Below the pieces are notes generated by a model. That model had not been told where the DNA came from. It searched no databases and saw only the letters and a program-made list of their open reading frames with translations. The translations under genes were made by a program, and so were the position numbers. DNA of 63,917 bases, counting the filler, from Candidatus Rokuibacteriota bacterium (GTDB lineage Bacteria; JAUVQV01; DATDCY01), in the NCBI GenBank assembly GCA_031406795.1. It is 11 parts of 11 records of this genome, joined end to end, with 100 filler letters (N's around TTAATTAATTAA, not from the genome) between each part and the next. Parts side by side here need not be neighbours in the genome. Positions count along the whole stretch, not along the records: positions 31,321 to 38,954 come from JANOHV010000168.1; positions 39,055 to 46,676 come from JANOHV010000192.1; 9 more parts are not named here. One strand, 5' to 3'. Positions within the stretch are counted from its first letter, which is position 1; the number at the start of each line of letters is the position of its first letter. Below, in pieces: positions 31,676 through 41,377 of this stretch.

Positions 31676-33391
31676 GTGAAGGACCACCGGGTGGGCCCCG
31701 CGGGGCGGCCGGGGCCCGACCCGGACCTCTCGGGGAGCATCCGGTGGCTGATGATCCTGCGGCTGACGGTCGCGGCCGTCATGCTGCTCGTCTCGATCCT
31801 GCTCCAGGTGCGCGAGGGGGCGGGCTTCTTCTCGACCCCGATGCGGGGGCTGTACCTCTTCGCGGGTCTCGCCTTCCTGGTGACGATCGTCTACGCCTCG
31901 CTCGCCCCGCGAGTGCGCGACCAGACCCGCTTCGCCACCGTGCAGCTCTCCGGCGACCTGGTGCTGCTCTCCGGAGTCGTCCTGATCACCGGCGGTGCGG
32001 CCAGCCCGTTCATCATCCTCTACTTCCTGATCATCATCGGCGCCGGCATCCTTTTCTACCGGGCCGGGAGCCTGATCGCGGCCGGAGCGAGCGCCGTGCT
32101 CTACGGCGTTGCCGCGGCCGCGCCGCTGATCCCCCAGGTGGCGAATTTCATCGACCCCGACGGCTCGACCCTCGCGATGAGTCGTTCGGCGATCGGCTAC
32201 CGCCATCTGCTCGCGGTCTTCAGCTTCTTCCTCGTCGCATTCCTCGCGAGCCACCTCGCCGAGTCGCTGCGCAGCATGGGCGAGAAGCTCAGCATCACGA
32301 GCGCCTCGCTCGCCGAACTCGAGCGGCGCAGCGAACTCATCCTGCAGTGCATCGCCAGCGGGCTGGTGACCATCGACCTCGAGGGCCGGATCACCTACTG
32401 CAATCGCGCCGCGGAGCGCATCGCGCACGTGGAGGCCGCGGACGTGGTCGGGGTCGCGTTCGCGGAGGTCTTCCTGACACCCGCGCGCCCGGAGCCCTGG
32501 CGGGACTCGAAAATGCTCGAGAGCGCGCCGCTGCGGCTCGAGGGTCGGATCTCCGGCAAGTCGGGCGAAGAAGATCTCCTGCTCGGCATGACCTTCTCGC
32601 CACTGCGGGACGAGAGTGGGAGCCTGACCGGGGTCATCTGCGCCTTCCAGGACCTGACGAACATCTGCCGCATGGAAGAGCAGGTGCGCCGTTCGGACCG
32701 CCTCGCCGCGATCGGCGAACTGGCTGCGGGGATGGCCCACGAAATCCGCAACCCGCTGGCCTCGTTGAGCGGGTCGCTGACCATGCTCAGCGAGGAACAG
32801 CGTTTCGAAGGCACGAGTCGGGAGCTGATGGACATCGTGACCGGCGAGGTCTCCCGGCTCGATGCGCTGATCACCGACTTTCTCGGGTTCGCCAGCCCGC
32901 GCGAGCCGGTGCTGCGCCCGGTCGATCTGGGCGCACTCGCGCAGGCGACCGCAACGCTGCTGCGCCAGGCGCATCAGGGCGCCTGGCGGATCGAAGTCGT
33001 CGAGCGGGGCGGCGGCGCTCTGGCCGAGGTCGACCAGCAGCTGGTGCGGCAGGTCTTCTGGAACCTCTCGCTCAACGCCATCGAAGCGATGCCGGCCGGC
33101 GGCCGGCTCGAGATCCGTCTCGAAGCTGCGGCCGATGCGGTGACGGTCGCGTTCGCGGACACGGGCGTCGGGATTCCGCCCGCGGCGATGGCGAAGATCT
33201 TCACGCCCTTTTATTCCACCAAGGAGCGGGGGACGGGCCTCGGCCTGGCCATCGTGTTCAAGATTGTCGAGGCCCATCTGGGGCGCGTCGACGTCGAAAC
33301 CACACCGGGACGCGGAACGACGGTGCGGGTGAGCTTCCCGGTCAAGCCGACGGTCGCGTCGGCGGTTGCGCTGCTCGAGGGGGCGGCGTGA
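31676..33391 (+). CDS. pilS: PilS-like sensor histidine kinase
   Basis: N-terminal TMs, PAS domain, AHEIRNPL and FYSTKERGTGLGL. Located between pilC and pilR. Start uncertain. Confidence 0.85.
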   Translation: MKDHRVGPAGRPGPDPDLSGSIRWLMILRLTVAAVMLLVSILLQVREGAGFFSTPMRGLYLFAGLAFLVTIVYASLAPRVRDQTRFATVQLSGDLVLLSGVVLITGGAASPFIILYFLIIIGAGILFYRAGSLIAAGASAVLYGVAAAAPLIPQVANFIDPDGSTLAMSRSAIGYRHLLAVFSFFLVAFLASHLAESLRSMGEKLSITSASLAELERRSELILQCIASGLVTIDLEGRITYCNRAAERIAHVEAADVVGVAFAEVFLTPARPEPWRDSKMLESAPLRLEGRISGKSGEEDLLLGMTFSPLRDESGSLTGVICAFQDLTNICRMEEQVRRSDRLAAIGELAAGMAHEIRNPLASLSGSLTMLSEEQRFEGTSRELMDIVTGEVSRLDALITDFLGFASPREPVLRPVDLGALAQATATLLRQAHQGAWRIEVVERGGGALAEVDQQLVRQVFWNLSLNAIEAMPAGGRLEIRLEAAADAVTVAFADTGVGIPPAAMAKIFTPFYSTKERGTGLGLAIVFKIVEAHLGRVDVETTPGRGTTVRVSFPVKPTVASAVALLEGAA

Positions 33392-34758
33392 GCGGGCAGC
33401 GGCGCGTCCTCGTCGTCGACGACGAACCCGGCATCCGCAAGGTGCTCGCGGTCATGCTCGCGAAGGAGGGCTGCGCGGTCTCGACGGCCGCCGGGCGCGC
33501 GGATCTGGAGCGCCTGCTGGAGGAGGGGGAATTCGACCTGGTGGTCACCGACATGCGGATGCCGGACATCTCGGGCCTCGACGTGCTCAAGATGGTGCAG
33601 CAGCGGCTGCCGGCTGCCCGGATGCTCGTCATGACGGCCTTCCCCTCCGCCGACGCCACGATCCAGGCGATCCAGCGGGGGGCGGTCGATTACATCATCA
33701 AGGAGGGCGACTACCTCGCGAGGATCCGCCAGTTCGTGCGCGAGACGATCGCCCGCAGCAGCGAGGCGGGCCGGGGCGCCGCGGTCATGGAGGTGCGGGG
33801 CGAGACGCGCACCGACTTTCTGATCGGCGACAGCCCGGCCATTGTGGAGATCTTCAAGATCATCGGCCGGGTCGCCGAGCGCAAGAGCACCGTGCTGATC
33901 ACCGGGGAGAGCGGCACCGGGAAGGAACTGGTCGCCCGCGCCATCCATGCGCACAGCCCGAGACGCGCCCGGCCGCTGGTGTCGATCAACTGCGGCGCCC
34001 TGACCGAGACGCTGCTGGAAAGCGAGTTGTTCGGGCATCTCAAGGGGTCGTTCACCGGAGCGGTCTGCGACAAGAAGGGGCTGTTCGAAGCCGCGGACGG
34101 GGGGACGCTTCTGCTCGACGAGATCGGCGAGACGAGCAAGGCCGTGCAGGTGAAGCTGCTGCGCGTGCTGCAGGAGGAGAAGGTCCGCCGCGTCGGCGAC
34201 ATCCGCGACATCCCGGTCGACGTGCGCATCATCGCGGCCACGAACCAGAATCTGGCCGCCCTGATCCGTGAAGGGACGTTCCGGGAGGACCTCTACTTCC
34301 GCCTCAACGTGATCCCGATCCAGCTGCCGCCGCTGCGCGAGCGCGTCGAGGATCTGCCGAAACTGGTCCTCTATTTCGTCGGAAAATACGGGGCGCAGAG
34401 CGGGCGCAGCATCGAAGTCCGGCCCGACGCGCTGGCGGCGCTCGCCGGCTACCCCTGGCCGGGCAACGTGCGCGAGCTGGAAAACCTCGTGGAGCGCGTC
34501 ATCGCGATGAATCCCGGCGACGCCATCAGCGTCGAGTCGTTGCCGGATTTCATCCGCTTCGGGGCGCAACCGCCGGGCAGCCTCGTGCCCGACATCCCGC
34601 CCGAGGGGATCAACCTCGAGGAGGCGGTGAATGAGTACGAGCGGCAGTACATTATCAAGGCGCTGCGGCTGGCGGGGGGACGCCGGGCGGAGGCCGTGCG
34701 GCTGCTCGGCCTGACCGATCGTACGTTGCGCTACCGCCTGGACAAGTACGGCCTCTGA
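33388..34758 (+). CDS. pilR: Sigma54-dependent response regulator PilR-like
   Basis: Receiver domain, GESGTGKE, ESELFGHLKGSFTGA, WPGNVREL and a C-terminal HTH. Confidence 0.88.
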   Translation: MSGQRRVLVVDDEPGIRKVLAVMLAKEGCAVSTAAGRADLERLLEEGEFDLVVTDMRMPDISGLDVLKMVQQRLPAARMLVMTAFPSADATIQAIQRGAVDYIIKEGDYLARIRQFVRETIARSSEAGRGAAVMEVRGETRTDFLIGDSPAIVEIFKIIGRVAERKSTVLITGESGTGKELVARAIHAHSPRRARPLVSINCGALTETLLESELFGHLKGSFTGAVCDKKGLFEAADGGTLLLDEIGETSKAVQVKLLRVLQEEKVRRVGDIRDIPVDVRIIAATNQNLAALIREGTFREDLYFRLNVIPIQLPPLRERVEDLPKLVLYFVGKYGAQSGRSIEVRPDALAALAGYPWPGNVRELENLVERVIAMNPGDAISVESLPDFIRFGAQPPGSLVPDIPPEGINLEEAVNEYERQYIIKALRLAGGRRAEAVRLLGLTDRTLRYRLDKYGL

Positions 34759-34870
34759 TAATGGCCCATCTGCGGCGTTGGGCTCCTCCCGGCTCCCTGC
34801 GGCGGCCACCAGGCCGCCTCAGTCACCGGATCGTCGCCCGCCTTGCACCTGGACCATTCTGAGAGGCCTC
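34759..34870. repeat. Hairpin-forming intergenic MITE-like element
   Basis: AATGGCCCATCTGCGGCGTTG...GCCTTGCACCTGGACCATT imperfect terminal IR with an inner GCGGC..GCCGC stem. Confidence 0.5.
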
Positions 34871-34907
34871 TCCGTTCGATCACGGCCACGAGAGGAGACG
34901 TGTCGGT

Positions 34908-36629
34908 GTGAATCATGTACGTGGCGGAGCGCTCGCCTCGCTTGCTGATCGTCAATTATTACCGTCACCGCAGTTGCCGGTGGGATTCTGGCTGGCCTTG
35001 GCCTTCGGACTCGCGCTGCGGGCCTGGTATTTCTCGGATCTGGTCGCTCAGCCCTGGTACGGTTTCCCCCTGGTCGATGCGCTGACGTTTGATCGCACCG
35101 CGCTCGGCATCCTGCGGGACGGCAGCCAGGGAGCGTTCTTCCGGCCGCCGCTCTACCCGCATTTTCTCGCTCTCATCTACCGTCTGTTCGGCCACGGCGC
35201 AGCCGCGGTCGTCTGGGTCCAGTTCGCCCTCGGCCTGGCCGCGCTCGTTCCGGCGTACCGGCTCGGTGAACGCTGGTTCGGCGAGCGGGCGGCGCTTGCC
35301 GGGGTCTGGATCGCCGCGTGCTACCCGCTGCGCATCTTCTTCGAGGCTGAACTGCTCGACGTCACGCTCTTCGCATTCCTCTTTCTGGCTGCGACCTGGC
35401 AGCTCTGGCGGGCGTTGGAGCGTCGTGAGAAGGCGCGGGTCCTACTCGCCGGGCTGCTCTATGGAGCCGCCGCGCTGACCCGGCCGAACGTCCTGCTCGC
35501 ACTGCCGCTGATCGCGGCGGGATTCGCGTGCGCCCTGCGGGTTGGTTGGCGTCGGCTGCCGGCGCTGGGGCTGGCCGGGGGGCTGGGCGTCGCGATCGCG
35601 CTCGCCCCGGCGGCCGTCCACAACTGGCGCGCCGAAGGGGTACTGATGCCGGTGGCGGCGAACGGCGGCGTGAACTTCTACCTCGGCAACCAGCGGGGCA
35701 CCACCGGATTGACGCCGGTTCCCCCGGGGTTGCGCTGGGAGCAGACGATGGTCCGGCCGCTGCACGCCGGGCGCTTCTCGCTGTCGGCACAGGATCGCTG
35801 GTGGTACGCGCGCGCCGCGGAGGAGATCCGCGCTGCGCCGCGCGCCTGGGCGCTCCTGCTCGCGAAGAAGTCGGCGCTGTTTCTGAACGCGGCCGAGTCC
35901 GGCAACAACAAGGCTCTCGGGCACTTCACGGCTGTCTCGGTCCCGGTGCGGCACTACCGGTGGTGGTTCGGGGCACTGATCTGCCTCGCTCTCCCCGGAT
36001 TGGCGGCCCGGCCCGGCGGCTTTGTCGGGTTCGCATCCGTCCTGGCGGGATTCGGCGTCTCGGTCGTCCTCTTCTTCGTCAGTGAGCGCTACCGCCTGCC
36101 GCTCGTGCCGCTGCTGGCGCCCGCCGCCGCCGCGGGCGCCGGCGCACTGTTCGCAGCCTTACGCGCCCGGCGGGGCCTCCGGGCAGCCGGGCTGGCCTCG
36201 CTCTGCGCCGCGGCGGCGCTCGCCGTCTTCCCCGACTGGTTCGGCGCCGGCGTTGAGCGGATCAGCGCCGATTTTCAGATGGGCCAGGTTTTTCTGATGC
36301 GCCATGAGCCGCAGCGGGCCCTCGCCGTGCTGGAGCGGGCGCGCGCCGCCGACGCGCGGGACCCCGACGTGCTCAATTCGCTCGGGGCGGCGCGCCTGGG
36401 TCTCGGCGACCTCGACGGCGCGGAAGCCGCCTACCGCGAGGCGCTCGCGTTGGGGGAGTTCGGCGAAATCTGGTTCAACCTCGGCGTCCTCGCCGAACGG
36501 CGGGGCGCCGGCCAGCTTGCCGCCGCCGCGGACTGCTACCGGCGGGCGATTGCGATCAACCCTGCGGACGGACGCCCGCGCGCCAATCTGGCCGCCCTCG
36601 ACGGGGCGCAGCTCCGCGGGAACCGCTGA
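34908..36629 (+). CDS. GT-C (GT39/PMT-like) membrane glycosyltransferase with C-terminal TPRs
   Basis: DALTFD..A, FFRPPLYP, LTRPN, NGGVNFYLGN and RYRLP motifs, then TPR repeats. Start uncertain. Confidence 0.8.
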   Translation: MNHVRGGALASLADRQLLPSPQLPVGFWLALAFGLALRAWYFSDLVAQPWYGFPLVDALTFDRTALGILRDGSQGAFFRPPLYPHFLALIYRLFGHGAAAVVWVQFALGLAALVPAYRLGERWFGERAALAGVWIAACYPLRIFFEAELLDVTLFAFLFLAATWQLWRALERREKARVLLAGLLYGAAALTRPNVLLALPLIAAGFACALRVGWRRLPALGLAGGLGVAIALAPAAVHNWRAEGVLMPVAANGGVNFYLGNQRGTTGLTPVPPGLRWEQTMVRPLHAGRFSLSAQDRWWYARAAEEIRAAPRAWALLLAKKSALFLNAAESGNNKALGHFTAVSVPVRHYRWWFGALICLALPGLAARPGGFVGFASVLAGFGVSVVLFFVSERYRLPLVPLLAPAAAAGAGALFAALRARRGLRAAGLASLCAAAALAVFPDWFGAGVERISADFQMGQVFLMRHEPQRALAVLERARAADARDPDVLNSLGAARLGLGDLDGAEAAYREALALGEFGEIWFNLGVLAERRGAGQLAAAADCYRRAIAINPADGRPRANLAALDGAQLRGNR

Positions 36630-36686
36630 AGAGCTCGAATCAAATGCCCCGGCGCGGTCCGGCGCTGCTGTTCGCCCGGAGAGCCG

Positions 36687-37901
36687 TCAGCCGGCCAGCC
36701 TCGCCGCGACCGCATCGATGAAGCCCGCCGTGTCGACCCAGGAGTCGCGCGGCGGGTCCATCGTGCCGTGGATGATGCGGGCCAGGTCGCGGGTCATCGT
36801 TCCGCCGGTGATCGTGCCGATCACCGCGGCCTCGATGCGCTCGGCGAACGCGCAGACTGCCGGTGTCCCGTCCAGTTCGCCGCGCTTGCGCAGCGCCCCG
36901 GACCAGGCGAAAATCGTCGCCACCGAATTCGTGCTCGTCGTCCTGCCCGCGAGGTAGTCCTTGTAGTGACGGGTCACGGTGCCGTGCGCCGCCTCGTACT
37001 CGAACTTCCCGTCGGGGGAGACGAGCACCGAGGTCATCATCCCCAGCGAGCCGAAGCCGGCCGCCACCATGTCGCTCTGCACGTCGCCGTCGTAGTTCAT
37101 CAGCGCCCAGAGGATGCCCCCCTCGTGCTTGATGATCTGCGCCACGGCGTCGTCGATCAGCAGGTAACGGTACGAGACGCCGGCGGCCGCGAGGTCCGCG
37201 GCCCGCGTGGCGGCCTCTTCGGCGAAGATCGTCTTGAAGAGCGTGTGGTAGGTCTTGCTGATCGTGTCCTTGGTCGCGAACCAGAGGTCGACTTTCTCGG
37301 AGAGCGCATAGCCGAGGCAGGCTTTCGCGAAAGAGCGGATCGACTTCTCGGTGTTGTGCATCCCCAGGATGACACCCGGGCCGGTGAAATCGTGGATCGT
37401 GATGCGCACCGTCTCGCCGCCGCCCGCCGGCGTGAAGACCAGCTCGGCCCGGCCGGGGCCGGGCACCCGATACTCGCGGTTGTTGTAGATGTCGCCGTAG
37501 GCGTGGCGGCCGATCGCGATCGGCTTGACCCAGCTCTTGACCGCGGTCGGGATGCCGGGACAGATGATCGGTTTGCGGAAGACCGTGCCGTCGAGTGCGC
37601 TGCGGATCGCGCCGTTCGGGCTCGGCCAGGCCTTCTTGAGCTTGTGTTCGGCGACCTGGGCCATGCTCGGCGTGATCGTGGCGCACTTGACGCCGACGCC
37701 GTGGCGGGCGATCGCCGCCGCGGCGTCGAACGTCACGCGGTCGTCGGTCGCGTCGCGGTGCGGCAGGCCGAGGTCGTAGTACTCGAGTTTCAGGTCGAGA
37801 AACGGCAGGATCAGCTTGTCCTTCACGAGTTGCCAGATGATGCGGGTCATCTCGTCACCATCGAGCTCGACGAGTGCGGTCTTCACAGCGATCTTCGACA
37901 T
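36687..37901 (-). CDS. icd: NADP-dependent isocitrate dehydrogenase (eukaryote-like type)
   Basis: [28 protein letters not shown] and [11 protein letters not shown]. Confidence 0.95.
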   Translation of the reverse strand: MSKIAVKTALVELDGDEMTRIIWQLVKDKLILPFLDLKLEYYDLGLPHRDATDDRVTFDAAAAIARHGVGVKCATITPSMAQVAEHKLKKAWPSPNGAIRSALDGTVFRKPIICPGIPTAVKSWVKPIAIGRHAYGDIYNNREYRVPGPGRAELVFTPAGGGETVRITIHDFTGPGVILGMHNTEKSIRSFAKACLGYALSEKVDLWFATKDTISKTYHTLFKTIFAEEAATRAADLAAAGVSYRYLLIDDAVAQIIKHEGGILWALMNYDGDVQSDMVAAGFGSLGMMTSVLVSPDGKFEYEAAHGTVTRHYKDYLAGRTTSTNSVATIFAWSGALRKRGELDGTPAVCAFAERIEAAVIGTITGGTMTRDLARIIHGTMDPPRDSWVDTAGFIDAVAARLAG

Positions 37902-37974
37902 GGTTTTTCCCTTTCTGTCGTCTGCAAGTCTTTCCTTGTACCAGAACTCGGCTTCGCGCTCCAGTGCAATTGCA

Positions 37975-38199
37975 GGACCCAGATCCGCGCGTACGCGCGG
38001 ATCCAGCAGCAGAGAAGGCATTTCAACCGCTGAAAAAGCACGATTTCTTGCAGGAAGCATGGGGTGGCACAGGTCAAGTTTCGCTTGAAGCATGCATTGC
38101 GATCAGATATGGGCAACGACCGGGATAAACCGGACCAGGTGACAAGCCTGACTCTCCTGATCCGCGCGTTACGCCCGGATTTTGGCAGCGCCGGCGACA
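37975..38199. repeat. Two-palindrome REPIN/MITE-like element, copy 2 (longer, inverted)
   Basis: GATCCGCGCGTACGCGCGGATC (about 37982) and GATCCGCGCGTTACGCCCGGAT (about 38159), with flanks shared with 6710-6862. Confidence 0.8.
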
Positions 38200-38289
38200 T
38201 TTGACTATTGCCCACGCAAGGATGAGAATTCTTGCACAAGCTCCGTTCGCAGGATCCACGCCGCTGGGGCGGCGGAAACCTTCGGGCGG

Positions 38290-38502
38290 GAGGGAACGCA
38301 CCAGCCGGTCGCCATCGAATCGAAGGACGAAGTCGGCGAGTTGGCGCGCGTCTTCAACACGATGGTCGAGAACCGCACCCGGATCGAGTCCTGCATCAGA
38401 GGGCATTCGGGCGCCGAGTTCAGCCACGGGATCTGCCCGGAGTGCGCCAAGGCGCTGTATCCGGAGCACTGGGAGCGGATCAGGGAGCAGACCGGAGACT
38501 GA
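38290..38502 (+). pseudogene. Signalling-gene remnant: HAMP fragment fused to an SHGICPEC C-terminal tail
   Basis: PVAIESKDEVGELARVFNTMVE directly followed by IESCIRGHSGAEFSHGICPECAKALYP. No credible start. Confidence 0.55.
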
Positions 38503-38503
38503 A

Positions 38504-38758
38504 CTAGGGTCCCTGGTAATCCCCTTCGCCGTAGGCCGGAACCGTGAAATTGTCGACCATCCGTTGGCCGAACTCCCGGCTGGCCGCGAGCGCTTCCTCG
38601 CGGGTGGCGTAACTCGTCAGGTGGTCGTGGTAGTAGATGCGCTCCGTCTCGCCCTTGGCGTGCACCTCGACGACCACCTGGGCTTCCCACTTCTCCTTGC
38701 TCTGCACGGGCTCGAGCCGGACGTAGTGACCATGGTAAGGGAATCCCGACACGGCCAT
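38504..38758 (-). CDS. Small hypothetical protein (84 aa)
   Basis: GGAGG RBS, ATG and GC3-rich frame; YATREEALAASREFG. Confidence 0.65.
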   Translation of the reverse strand: MAVSGFPYHGHYVRLEPVQSKEKWEAQVVVEVHAKGETERIYYHDHLTSYATREEALAASREFGQRMVDNFTVPAYGEGDYQGP

Positions 38759-39141
38759 CGCACCCTCCTGGGTTAGGGTCCAGCTATCGCCTCCGGCAAT
38801 GCCACATTTCACAATAACCTCGTCATGGCGCCAACCGCAAGTCGTCCTGGATGACCGGGTGCACGACAAGAAAGTGTGAGTTGACATAGGGCTGCGATCT
38901 GGCATCATGTCTGTCATACAGTTCAAATGACAGGGAGGATGCCATGACCGAGACNNNNNNNNNNNNNNNNNNNNNNNNNNNNNNNNNNNNNNNNNNNNTT
39001 AATTAATTAANNNNNNNNNNNNNNNNNNNNNNNNNNNNNNNNNNNNNNNNNNNNCGGCGATCTTCCAGCGCAGAGGCGGCGACGCCAGCGCGCGCGCGCT
39101 GGGTGTCGCGGCGCCGCACGCCGCCGGCCGCCCCGGGAGGC

Positions 39142-40098
39142 TCACGGTTTGCTCAACCCCTCTCGCACCGCGGTGAAGAGCAGCGGGAGCATCAATTCGT
39201 GGTGCCCGGTGATCTGGTAGCCGGTGCCGCCGCCGGTCGTCGGCCGCCGCACGACGTTCGTCAGCGGCCGGTAGGCCGGGATGAAATCGAGATTCGCGGT
39301 CACGAATCGCCGCGGCAGCCCCTTCCTGCGGTTGCGCGCCATGGCCAGCACCTTGAGAAAGACCTCGGGCAGGATGACGGCGCTGCCGGCGTTGAGATAG
39401 ACCCCGCCCTCCAGTCGCTCGACGCGCGCGGCGAAGCGGTGAAAGTCGTTCAGCGAGGCCTCCCCGATCGCGGCGCCGGAAGCCGACGGGTGCATGTGCA
39501 CGATGTCGGTGCCGATGGCGACGTGGACGGTGACGGGGATGCCGAGGCGCGCCCCGGCCGCGGTGATGCTCAGGCCGGCGTTGGGCAGCTCCTCGTCGAG
39601 GATCGCCTGGCCGAGCGCCTCGCCGAAGCCCAGCCCGCCGAGCGCCGCGTCGGCCGCCGCGCCGTTGACGAAGTCGGCGGTCTCGTGCGCCATGCCGAAG
39701 GACCCGTCCTCGAGTGCCGGGCCGACGTCCTCGGAGGTCGAGCCGGCATAGGCCAGCTCGAAATCGTGGATCGCCCCGGCGCCGTTCATCGCGACGCCGG
39801 TGAGCAGGCCCTCCTCCATCAGGGCGACGATCCACGGCGAAAGCCCGCACTTGATGACGTGCGCGCCGATGCCCAGCAGCACTTCACGCTTGCGCCGGCG
39901 CGCGGCGACGATGGCCGCGGCCAGATCGCGCAGGTCGCGCCCGGCGAGTATCCCCGGCAGGGCGTCGAGCCAGTCGACGAACGAGGAACCGGCCGGGAGC
40001 GGCCGTGCCAGGTCGCCGCGGCGGACTTTGCCCCCGCGCTTCTTCAGCGAAGTGGTGAGCAGCGGCAGCGGCTCCGGCTTGCCGCGGCGCGCGCTCAT
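39142..40098 (-). CDS. Conserved protein adjacent to gmhA (deoxyhypusine-synthase-like fold, GSU2086-like)
   Basis: GAHVIKCGL, AMNGAGAIHDFE, GSAVILPEVFLK and GHHELMLPLL motifs. Confidence 0.65.
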   Translation of the reverse strand: MSARRGKPEPLPLLTTSLKKRGGKVRRGDLARPLPAGSSFVDWLDALPGILAGRDLRDLAAAIVAARRRKREVLLGIGAHVIKCGLSPWIVALMEEGLLTGVAMNGAGAIHDFELAYAGSTSEDVGPALEDGSFGMAHETADFVNGAAADAALGGLGFGEALGQAILDEELPNAGLSITAAGARLGIPVTVHVAIGTDIVHMHPSASGAAIGEASLNDFHRFAARVERLEGGVYLNAGSAVILPEVFLKVLAMARNRRKGLPRRFVTANLDFIPAYRPLTNVVRRPTTGGGTGYQITGHHELMLPLLFTAVREGLSKP

Positions 40099-40682
40099 CG
40101 GGTCTCGTGGGTCGGGTGGACGATTTCCTGCTCGACGATGTCGCAGATGGCGTGCCCGGCGATGATGTGCAGCTCCTGGACGCGCGCCGCGGTCTTCGAA
40201 GGCACGATGATGCAGTGGTCGGTCTCGCGCAGCAGCGCGCCGCCGTCGCCCCCGGAGAAGCCGACCGTCACGAGCCCCTGTCGCCGCGCCAGCCGGATGC
40301 CTTCGATTACGTTCGCCGAGGCGCCGCTGGTCGAAAGCCCGACCGCGACGTCGTCCGGGCGCCCGAAGGCCTCGATCTGCCGGGCGAACACCCGGTCGTA
40401 CCCGGAGTCGTTGGCGATGCTCGTGAGCACCGAGGTGTCCACGTTCAGCGCGAGCGCCGGCAGGGCGCGCCGATCGACGCGAAAGCGGTTCACGAATTCG
40501 GCGGCCAGGTGCTGCGAATCCGCCGCGCTGCCGCCGTTACCGAAGAAGAAGACGGTGCGCCCCTTGCGAAAGGCCTGCAGCACGACCTCGGCGATCTGCG
40601 TCAGCATTTCGGTGTTGTGCTTGAGAAACTCCTTCTGCAGCCGGGCGTGTTCGTCGAAAATCCGGACAATCCGTTCTTTCAT
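40095..40682 (-). CDS. gmhA: Phosphoheptose isomerase
   Basis: GNGGSAADSQHLAAEF, STSG.SANV and RVQELH motifs. Confidence 0.94.
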   Translation of the reverse strand: MKERIVRIFDEHARLQKEFLKHNTEMLTQIAEVVLQAFRKGRTVFFFGNGGSAADSQHLAAEFVNRFRVDRRALPALALNVDTSVLTSIANDSGYDRVFARQIEAFGRPDDVAVGLSTSGASANVIEGIRLARRQGLVTVGFSGGDGGALLRETDHCIIVPSKTAARVQELHIIAGHAICDIVEQEIVHPTHETR

Positions 40683-40906
40683 GCCAACCTCCCCGATGTT
40701 AGGCGTATCGTAGGGGTGCGGGCAGAACGTGTCAATTCGGACATTCGCACGGTCCGGGTGCGGACCACGGCTGTTGGGCCGGCTGTTGGCAACACTCCAC
40801 CCCTCGACATTGACAGATGCCTCTTGCCCCGCGAGAATTGCAGTTACTGAAGCGATAGCCACGGCGTGAATCGTGGAGTGAGGCGGGAAGCCGCGGAGGG
40901 AGCCGA

Positions 40907-41110
40907 ATGAAGACGTTCATGCTGGTTGCGATGCTGATCGGCCTGCTGGTCACGATGTGGCTGGTGGTGCGCGGCCTGCAGGACCAGACCACGAACGGCC
41001 CGGGCGCGGTGGTGGTCAAGCCGATCGAGCGGGCCGCGGAGATGCGCCGCACGGTTGAGGCGGCCGACGCGCTCAAGGAGAAGAAACTCGACGCTGCCGC
41101 GCGCGATTAG
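40907..41110 (+). CDS. Small membrane-anchored hypothetical protein
   Basis: GGAG RBS and a hydrophobic N-terminal helix. Confidence 0.65.
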   Translation: MKTFMLVAMLIGLLVTMWLVVRGLQDQTTNGPGAVVVKPIERAAEMRRTVEAADALKEKKLDAAARD

Positions 41111-41149
41111 ATCCGGGCGCGGCGATCAACAACCAGGAGGGCTGGATCA

Positions 41150-41377
41150 ATGAGTCTGTTCAGCAAAGACAGCAGTGAAAAGGCGGTCGTGCACATCGAG
41201 GGAATGAGCTGCGGGCACTGCGTGATGCGCGTCGAAAAGGGCATCGCCGCGCTGGCCGGGGTCAAGTCGGCGAAGGTGGATCTGGCCAAGAAGGAGGGCA
41301 CCTTCGAGTTCGACCCGGCGCTCGTCAGCGCGGAGGCGATCAAGGCCAAGATCAACGAGATCGGCTACAAAGCTTAG
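41150..41377 (+). CDS. copZ: Heavy-metal-associated (CopZ-like) chaperone
   Basis: IEGMSCGHC motif and GY near the C-terminus. AGGAGG RBS. Confidence 0.88.
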   Translation: MSLFSKDSSEKAVVHIEGMSCGHCVMRVEKGIAALAGVKSAKVDLAKKEGTFEFDPALVSAEAIKAKINEIGYKA

